Below are positions 57,720 through 64,000 of a stretch of 64,000 nucleotides of DNA, one piece after another. Under the pieces are notes generated by a model. It worked only from the letters and a program-made list of their open reading frames with translations, was not told the origin of the DNA and ran no database searches. The translations under genes and the position numbers were made by a program. Position 1 is the first letter of the stretch. The number at the start of each line of letters is the position of its first letter. The DNA is taken from the IMG/VR virus record IMGVR_UViG_3300036766_000639; one strand, given 5' to 3'. Source of the stretch: an uncultured virus (IMG/VR IMGVR_UViG_3300036766_000639) (taxonomy: Duplodnaviria; Heunggongvirae; Uroviricota; Caudoviricetes).

Positions 57720-58219
57720 GGGCTGCCTACCAGATTCTCCGTGCCTTGCACGGCTGCGACGATACTCACAGTGAGCACTGCTCCGACCACAAAACCACCG
57801 ATCAGCGCGAGATGCGGAGCATTTCGATCGAACCAAGAACGCTCAGCGGCCGTCCATGCACGCTTCGTCTCGGCTTCGGACGCGATCAGGTAGCTCTCAT
57901 AAATTTCGCGCTCGCGACCCCAGGTGTTGAGGTCCACTTCGTAGAGCCGACGCAGCTCATCGTACGAGACGATGTACCGGGCGGACCGCATGGCCTTCTC
58001 CTGCGACATGAGGATGCCAGACCTGCCGTCGGGCACGGTCTCGCCCGCCTCCATCGGGATGACCCAGCTGGCCGCGGACGGAATGGCATCAGCGTCAGGC
58101 CGCTCCGGCAACTTGGCTGCCACCAGCGGTGACGGGAGCGTGCGCTTCTCGGGCGATGCAGCTGTAGTGGCCGAACAAGCGACCGCCAGGACCAGCAGCA
58201 TCGGCAATACAAGGCGCAT
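57716..58219 (-). CDS. lipoprotein with a C-terminal TM helix (unimolecular-spanin-like topology)
   Basis: MRLVLPMLLVLAVA-C lipobox, central helical region and C-terminal LALIGGFVVGAVLTVSIVAAV. Confidence 0.55.
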   Translation of the reverse strand: MRLVLPMLLVLAVACSATTAASPEKRTLPSPLVAAKLPERPDADAIPSAASWVIPMEAGETVPDGRSGILMSQEKAMRSARYIVSYDELRRLYEVDLNTWGREREIYESYLIASEAETKRAWTAAERSWFDRNAPHLALIGGFVVGAVLTVSIVAAVQGTENLVGSP

Positions 58220-58314
58220 GCGTCTCTCTTTGAAAGTCCGCCGCGCCAGCGCCCCGAACACTTTAGGAGGGTCCGGTGGGGCGCTGGCGGGCAGATTTGG
58301 TCGTCAGTCGATGC

Positions 58315-58572
58315 TCAGGCTTCGTTGGCCTCGTCGAGGATGTTCTCATCGTTCGCATCGACGGCGATGCTCATCGTGATCGCACCCTGCTGCTTGAGCA
58401 GGTTCAGGCGCTTGTACGCCGGGTCGCCCTGGTCCTCGCCATGCGTCAGGTCGCGCATGGACACGCCCAGGATCGCGTCGTCGCCTGGGCTGCCGTTTGC
58501 CGCGAGTGTCTTGTTGATCGGAAACCCGATCTCCAGCGGGGCAGCTGTCTGATTCTCAACAGTGATGATCAT
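58315..58572 (-). CDS. small hypothetical protein
   Basis: RBS GGAGGA and strong GC3 codon bias. Confidence 0.6.
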   Translation of the reverse strand: MIITVENQTAAPLEIGFPINKTLAANGSPGDDAILGVSMRDLTHGEDQGDPAYKRLNLLKQQGAITMSIAVDANDENILDEANEA

Positions 58573-58698
58573 GTCGTTTTCCTCCAGAGAAAGACTGGTG
58601 GGGGCCTAATCCACCCAAAGCCAGAACGCTACCACATGGCCCGCCGACCAAGAAGTTTTCGACGCGCGTGGTACTCTGAAGATCAACCGGAGGTTCTC

Positions 58699-59115
58699 AT
58701 GGACGAAGCTGTCACCACCCTGCTCAGTACGGGCGCCCTCATCCTTGGCCTGACTGCCTTTATCGGCACCTTTATCATCCGCCGCATCGTCGAAACGGCG
58801 GTCCCGACTGCGCGCAAGCAGGCAGACGCCAACGCTCCCGGCGCCACGTATTCGACCCCGTTCTCCCGCTGGTGGAACGAGGTCATCCTGTACGCCATGC
58901 CAGCCATCATCGGCGGCAGCTGCGGAGCCGTGAACCTCGGGGAAGCACTGAACAGCGACGCTGGCAAGACCCTCTGGGGCAGGATGTTCTTCGGCATGAT
59001 CGTCGGCTTCTTCTCGGGCTTCATCTACAAGGTAGCCCGCAAGCTCCTCAAGAAGACCACCGGCGTGGATCTCGAACCGGAGCGCGGCGGAAGCATCGAG
59101 CCGCCGACTCCGTGA
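58699..59115 (+). CDS. holin-like membrane protein (about 3 TM helices)
   Basis: Three hydrophobic segments, basic C-terminus KVARKLLKK, RBS GGAGG. Confidence 0.5.
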   Translation: MDEAVTTLLSTGALILGLTAFIGTFIIRRIVETAVPTARKQADANAPGATYSTPFSRWWNEVILYAMPAIIGGSCGAVNLGEALNSDAGKTLWGRMFFGMIVGFFSGFIYKVARKLLKKTTGVDLEPERGGSIEPPTP

Positions 59116-59128
59116 CTTTGTTGCGCGC

Positions 59129-59356
59129 CTAGCCCTCTTTCTTCCTGGGCACGTATATGTGGACGACGTCGTCGCTCGTCTTCTCATGATCGGCCTTTGC
59201 CGCCTCGGCCGCCTCGCGCGTTAGGTAGTGGCCAATCAGGTACAATTCGTCGCCGTCTTCCTCGAATGAGTCCACGCCGACGACGTTGAACCCCTCGTCT
59301 GGAATGAACCGATCCATGGCTCTGACTCGCGTCATCACCGTGTCCATGAAGCTCAT
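59129..59356 (-). CDS. small acidic protein
   Basis: Own promoter TTGACA(59401-59406)-N17-TACCTT. Confidence 0.55.
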   Translation of the reverse strand: MSFMDTVMTRVRAMDRFIPDEGFNVVGVDSFEEDGDELYLIGHYLTREAAEAAKADHEKTSDDVVHIYVPRKKEG

Positions 59357-59411
59357 ATTTACCTGCCTTTCGCCTACAAGGTAATAGCCTGACAACCGTT
59401 TGTCAAGCGGC

Positions 59412-60401
59412 CTAGTCTAGGCACCCAAACGGCGACTTGGACAGAACCTCTGGACATTTTGGCTGCTCTCCAGGCTTCCCGCCTTCGTCGATGTTCGAGT
59501 AGTAGTCGGACATGTCAGCCGCGTACTTGTCCATCTGCTTTCGCAGCTCTGGCGTGTCGTTGATCCGGTCGATGTAATCGCGCTGATCGGTCTCGGTCGG
59601 CTTGTAAATGTGATGGCTCCACTCGGCCCACTTGTGCTGGTTTGGCGTACGAAACTGGACCTCCTTCGCCAAGCCATCATCGTCAGTGAACTCCGCATGG
59701 ATCGATCTGTACCCATCTGAGCGCCCGCGCGTGAGCATGTCCTCGGATGAGAGAATGCGGTCGCCGTACTTGTCCTGGAACTTCTTGAACATCTCGCGCA
59801 CGCCGTTGTTGTCCTCGGCCAGGACACGCGCGCCGGTCAGATCCTTGAGCTTGTCGGCACGATTCAGGTGCGGTCGGCTCATGTCGAATTTGCCGCCTGG
59901 GAGCGGCTTGTGGTGCTTTCTGCTGAGCTTGCCGAGCACGCTCGACAGCGTCTTGATTCGCCCGGACACCCGATGGTAGCAGCCCTTCTCCTTGCCATTC
60001 ACCATCTTGCACGGACCACCGAGCGTCTCCGGGGCGCCCTTTGGCACAATCTCTCTGAGAACACCGAGCATTCTATCCAAGGATGCAGCGTGGCGACCGA
60101 TCTGGCGCTTGGCGACCTCAATGTGCTTTCCGAAAGACAGGCTGCTGTCGAGATTGCCCATCAGCCAGTCGTGCCTCAAATCGCGCACGGCGCTCTTGAG
60201 GTTGCCGCGCTCCTTCGCTGCGCGCTTGACGGCCTCCTCGTCATCGCGGACCTGTCCGCCGCCGCCCTGGCCAGCCTTGTATCTGACCCAGGAGCCGGTG
60301 CCGACCTTGATGCGTTTTCCGTCGCCCCACGGCCTGACCGTGCCAGGCTTGAACGTCATCTCGGACAGCACTGCTTCGCTCAACTCTTGCGAGAACGTCA
60401 C
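59412..60401 (-). CDS. RelA/SpoT-family small alarmone synthetase with a virion-type N-terminus
   Basis: GRIKTLSSVLGK, DLTGARV, GYRSIH and EVQFRTxxQHxWAEWSH motifs; no HD hydrolase domain. Confidence 0.9.
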   Translation of the reverse strand: MTFSQELSEAVLSEMTFKPGTVRPWGDGKRIKVGTGSWVRYKAGQGGGGQVRDDEEAVKRAAKERGNLKSAVRDLRHDWLMGNLDSSLSFGKHIEVAKRQIGRHAASLDRMLGVLREIVPKGAPETLGGPCKMVNGKEKGCYHRVSGRIKTLSSVLGKLSRKHHKPLPGGKFDMSRPHLNRADKLKDLTGARVLAEDNNGVREMFKKFQDKYGDRILSSEDMLTRGRSDGYRSIHAEFTDDDGLAKEVQFRTPNQHKWAEWSHHIYKPTETDQRDYIDRINDTPELRKQMDKYAADMSDYYSNIDEGGKPGEQPKCPEVLSKSPFGCLD

Positions 60402-61174
60402 GCTGCCTCCGGCCATTTCGCGGCAAGTTTGCCTACAGTAACTTGTAACCTGGCAGCCGTTTCCCGGTCCAGTTTCCAGCCCGTCAACGCCTTGGCGAAT
60501 GCGTCCTTGAACCGCGACACCGAGAACTTCCCGCCCCATGTCTCGTGGTCGGCTGTCGAGAAGCTCCGAACCCAGATCCTCTCCGCCAGGGCCTCTAGCA
60601 ACCCCGTGACTGATATGGCGCGCGATGGGTTCACCTCTAAGGCGTCGCGGTCCTGCAAATACAAGGCGAATGTCGGGCTATCCCCGGTCAGCTCGGCGCC
60701 GAGCTGCACAATGCCGAGGCCGACATCGCTCATCTCATCCGCGACGCGCTTCAGCGCAGCAAGCGTCGGCCGCAGCTCATCATCCTTGTAGCCCCAGACA
60801 TTGACCACCTCGAACCCGGCCACGGACAGCTCGGCGCTCGTGTTGCCGATGCCGTCCCGCACGGCTTCCAGCACGTCGGCGACCACTTCGGCCAGAGCCC
60901 GGATCTTCTCAGACGCCGGGCGCTGTGACAGCGACGACATGAGCATGTTGTGAGCCGCCCGGCGTAGGCGTCCGCGTAGTTTGGACACCTCTGGCCGCGA
61001 GCCATGCAGGGCCTCGGCGATCGGCTTCACCAGCTCAGACAACTGCTTGAGTCTGAATCGACTGGTGCCGACAACCGACACCGCGACCGCCGTTTGCTCC
61101 AGCTCTGTGCGCGCGCTTTCGATATTGCGCGGCAAGAGCGGGTCACCGGCGACGCGAAGCAGGTTCGTAGGCAT
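60398..61174 (-). CDS. hypothetical protein
   Basis: 258-aa coupled ORF. Confidence 0.6.
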   Translation of the reverse strand: MPTNLLRVAGDPLLPRNIESARTELEQTAVAVSVVGTSRFRLKQLSELVKPIAEALHGSRPEVSKLRGRLRRAAHNMLMSSLSQRPASEKIRALAEVVADVLEAVRDGIGNTSAELSVAGFEVVNVWGYKDDELRPTLAALKRVADEMSDVGLGIVQLGAELTGDSPTFALYLQDRDALEVNPSRAISVTGLLEALAERIWVRSFSTADHETWGGKFSVSRFKDAFAKALTGWKLDRETAARLQVTVGKLAAKWPEAA

Positions 61175-61177
61175 GGT

Positions 61178-61507
61178 TCAAAGGTTTGAGGCCAAAAATG
61201 CCGCGAGCGCCTCTCGGGCAGCCTTCGGATCCGTCTTGCCCTTCGCCTCGATGACGTCGAGCTGCTTGTTGGTGTCTTCGGCCTGGGTCCGGATACGGGC
61301 CTTCTCGACCTCGCCCTCCAAATGCACGCGCTCGACCTGTTCGCGGGCGCGCTCGATGAGCTTCGGCGACACGGTCACCGGCTGAGCGTCTGGCGCACGT
61401 GGGCCGAACACGCGCCAGAGCGCGACGCCTACGACGCCAGCGCCGAGCGCGAGCGCCCACCACCATCGCCTGATGAACCGCCAGGCCGCCTGAGCCTGCT
61501 TCTTCAT
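61178..61507 (-). CDS. single-pass membrane protein with coiled coil (i-spanin-like topology)
   Basis: WWWALALGAGVVGVALW followed by a charged helical domain. Confidence 0.5.
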   Translation of the reverse strand: MKKQAQAAWRFIRRWWWALALGAGVVGVALWRVFGPRAPDAQPVTVSPKLIERAREQVERVHLEGEVEKARIRTQAEDTNKQLDVIEAKGKTDPKAAREALAAFLASNL

Positions 61508-61683
61508 CCCTCGACCAGACGCTGACGACGATCGCCGCCTGACATGTCGTCGGTCAGCATTTCCCGGCCTTGACTGTCTTTGATGTTCGACTGGCCGCAC
61601 TCCTGGCAGACCACCTTGACCTTCCCGTCCAGAAGACCCTCGGTCAGCACGTGTTTGGACCCGCACTTGTCGCACTGCATCGG

Positions 61684-62655
61684 TCAATCTCCTGGCAGGT
61701 CGTCTGGCACCCACCGGTTGTGTTTCTGTCCCGGAGCCCAGTCTCGCGCGCCGGAGAGTTTCACGCCACCCTCCTCGTTGGACTCCTCGTCGTCAGATTC
61801 ATCGTCATCGTCCGCCTCGGGCTCGTCGGCACTCGTCTGCCCCCCGTCACGGGTGACGGCCAATATGGCAGCCAGCTCGTCGTCCGACATGTCGCCCAAG
61901 CCTTCGAGCTTGGTCATCACGTGCTCGATGATGCGCTCGACCACCTCCTCTACCGCGGCGTCATCGTTCTCGTAGATGGGCCAGCCGCGCATCATCACGT
62001 GCGCGAACAGCGCCGCCCTGGCCGCGCTCTTGAGCAGGGTTTCGGCCACAAAGTGAGTGCCGAGCGCCACCGCTGTGACGTGCCCGATCCCGCCGAGCGC
62101 AATGGTCCCGGCGATCGTCGTGCCAATGGCCTTGGCGGCGCCCTTGAGCGCATGCTTGTCGTGCTTGCTGAGCTTCTGCCTGAGCGCGAGCTTCTTGAGC
62201 GCGTGGCCAGCGTCCTTCATCTCGCGAACCTCAGACACCACGGACTTCGTGGCATCGAGGCTCTTGCGCTTCAGAGCCGCGGCCATAGCGTGCCCTGTCT
62301 TGGCGCGAAAATCGCGATCGGTTGCCAGCTTGCGGGCGTCGGCTGGAAACCCCTTGATCTTGGCGAGAAGCCCCTTGGCAATCGCCGGAGCCTTGGCCAG
62401 GGCGGACTTCGCCTTGTCAGCGATGCTCGTTGGCTCGGCGACCTCATCGTCCGCGTCGTCCGCGTCCTTTTCAGGCTCTGCGCCCGATTCGGGCCCGCCA
62501 CCGGCGCCAGGCGTCGCAGACTTGCCGGTGGCCTTGTCGATCCATCCCTTGGCCGTTTTGATGACAGTTCCCTGGGACCACTTGCGCTCGGTTCCAATTT
62601 TGAACCCGCGCTCGTGCAGCGCCCCCTCCAGCTCTGCCGCGGTAGTCCGGATCAT
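61684..62655 (-). CDS. modular, putative virion protein
   Basis: AAELEGALHE helix, IGTERKW module, a helical/hydrophobic domain like the C-terminus of 7314-9407, and an acidic tail. Confidence 0.65.
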   Translation of the reverse strand: MIRTTAAELEGALHERGFKIGTERKWSQGTVIKTAKGWIDKATGKSATPGAGGGPESGAEPEKDADDADDEVAEPTSIADKAKSALAKAPAIAKGLLAKIKGFPADARKLATDRDFRAKTGHAMAAALKRKSLDATKSVVSEVREMKDAGHALKKLALRQKLSKHDKHALKGAAKAIGTTIAGTIALGGIGHVTAVALGTHFVAETLLKSAARAALFAHVMMRGWPIYENDDAAVEEVVERIIEHVMTKLEGLGDMSDDELAAILAVTRDGGQTSADEPEADDDDESDDEESNEEGGVKLSGARDWAPGQKHNRWVPDDLPGD

Positions 62656-63590
62656 GTGCCCTCTCGCTCGGCGGTCACCGGCGACCTCTCCAGCTCGCGC
62701 GCAATGTCCTTGCGCTTCAGCTCTCCTGGGTGGCCGGACTTCGTCTGGAAGTACCGCCTGAACAAGATGTCGGCCATCTCGGTGCCGCTCACGCGACGCA
62801 TGTAGATGTAGAACATGAGTGCGGCGTCGTCCGGCGCGGACTGCAAGTGCTTGTGCGCCCTCGGAGAGAACTGCCTGAGCTTGGCGAGCCACCTGTGGAA
62901 AGCGTCGCGCGGCTTGTTCGCGATACGATCCTGCGCGTCTGGCATGTCCTTGCCGCCGACCATCTTCGGCAGGTCCTCTTGCGGGATCATGTCGATGATC
63001 TTGCGAGCCGAGCGAAGCAAGGCGTCGCCAGCGGACACGATGCCGGTCTCCTTCTTGAGGAGATCGAGCACCTTGCTGGAGACCTTGAACGCGCCCCGCT
63101 TGGTTTGCTTTTCGTCGCCAGGGAATGCCAGCGCCGGGTCTTCTCGGCCCTCGCTCAACCCGTCTCCGACTTTCACTTCCTGCACCGGCATCCCGTATCC
63201 GTGATCCTTGCTCGACGTACTGGGCTTGCCGAGCTGAGGCTCGCCGGGCCCGCGCCTGCTGAAGCCCGCGACGATGCGGGCCAGATCCTCATCCGGGACG
63301 TTCGCGATCACTGCGCTGGCGGCGCGACCACGGGAGTCGAAGTAGACAATCGCCTCCGATCCGTCGGCCTTGTCGAACTTGTGCCGAGCAGGCGTGTTGG
63401 CGAGCACGAACCGCTCGGCCTTGGCACGCCATTCAGGATCATCTTGCTGGACACCGATCACACTGGATCCGCGCTCAAACTCCGGGTGACCAGGCGCTTC
63501 TTCTGATACGGTTCTGGCTTTCAAAGGCATCGGACTGCCTGAAAAGCCCGACGGATCGATATAGCCCATCAAATTGGCGAAGCGACTCAT
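62652..63590 (-). CDS. hypothetical protein
   Basis: 312-aa coupled ORF with EE/EG junctions. Confidence 0.65.
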   Translation of the reverse strand: MSRFANLMGYIDPSGFSGSPMPLKARTVSEEAPGHPEFERGSSVIGVQQDDPEWRAKAERFVLANTPARHKFDKADGSEAIVYFDSRGRAASAVIANVPDEDLARIVAGFSRRGPGEPQLGKPSTSSKDHGYGMPVQEVKVGDGLSEGREDPALAFPGDEKQTKRGAFKVSSKVLDLLKKETGIVSAGDALLRSARKIIDMIPQEDLPKMVGGKDMPDAQDRIANKPRDAFHRWLAKLRQFSPRAHKHLQSAPDDAALMFYIYMRRVSGTEMADILFRRYFQTKSGHPGELKRKDIARELERSPVTAEREGT

Positions 63591-64000
63591 CGCGGTCTCC
63601 TTTGCGCAGCGCGGACCATGGTATCAGCTCTCGCCTGTGGTGGCTTGCGTCCCAGGGGGCGCCGACGAATCACAGGGCCATCGGCATAGCTCTGGTACCG
63701 GCCGGATTCCGAATCGGCCGGAGAAGCCGACGGGCTGATTCCCACGCCGTGCGCGGTATCGGCCTGTATGACAACCTCGGCCACTGCCTGCGTCTTCGCT
63801 CGGTCGCGGCCGGACGTTCGAGACTGAACATCTTCCAGTGGAACCAGGAGGACTTCGTCCTGGTACTTCACCTTCAACGCCGATCCGGGAGACCTCGGTT
63901 TGTACGGCGTGAGCATGGACGCGCTCGTGGAGCCCTTGGGAACAGCCGCCCACTGATAGGGGATCACGTCGAACTTGATGTACTCGACCGTGACCTCGGG
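63587..64000 (-). CDS. hypothetical protein, 5' end outside the window
   Basis: The frame stays open to the window edge. Confidence 0.55.
   Translation of the reverse strand, partial: PEVTVEYIKFDVIPYQWAAVPKGSTSASMLTPYKPRSPGSALKVKYQDEVLLVPLEDVQSRTSGRDRAKTQAVAEVVIQADTAHGVGISPSASPADSESGRYQSYADGPVIRRRPLGRKPPQARADTMVRAAQRRPR

Noticed and set aside
1..64000. Integrase, transposase, rRNA, major capsid, terminase or stop-codon reassignment
   Set aside because: None is recognisable. Known genes are intact under the standard code and end in TGA, TAG or TAA.

Overview
This GC-rich, densely packed window is mostly minus-strand and looks like part of a large (jumbo-type) tailed phage genome. Weak clues point to a Myxococcota-like diderm host. 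It contains long runs of small hypothetical early genes behind a recurring TTGACA(AAC)-N16/17-TAnnnT promoter. It also carries nucleotide and DNA-modification functions (ThyX, three PAPS-reductase-family paralogues, a DHH phosphoesterase, a metallophosphoesterase, an R2K ATP-grasp, a SET protein, HNH and MmcB-like nucleases, Gp157). Three blocks encode modular, probably capsid-packaged proteins that share a short amphipathic helix ending in Glu; these include two zincin peptidases and a RelA/SpoT alarmone synthetase. There are lysis-like membrane genes and a truncated atypical tRNA-Tyr at the left edge. The standout is a compact operon at 38204-39902: a promoter, a lone Cas7/RAMP-like gene, a conserved helical partner gene, and a ~500-nt non-coding array of GG(Y/A)-NN pentamers cut into about seven units by GGCAGG junctions. 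This is a candidate non-CRISPR RNA-guided system. All family assignments come from motif recognition by eye; no database searches were run.
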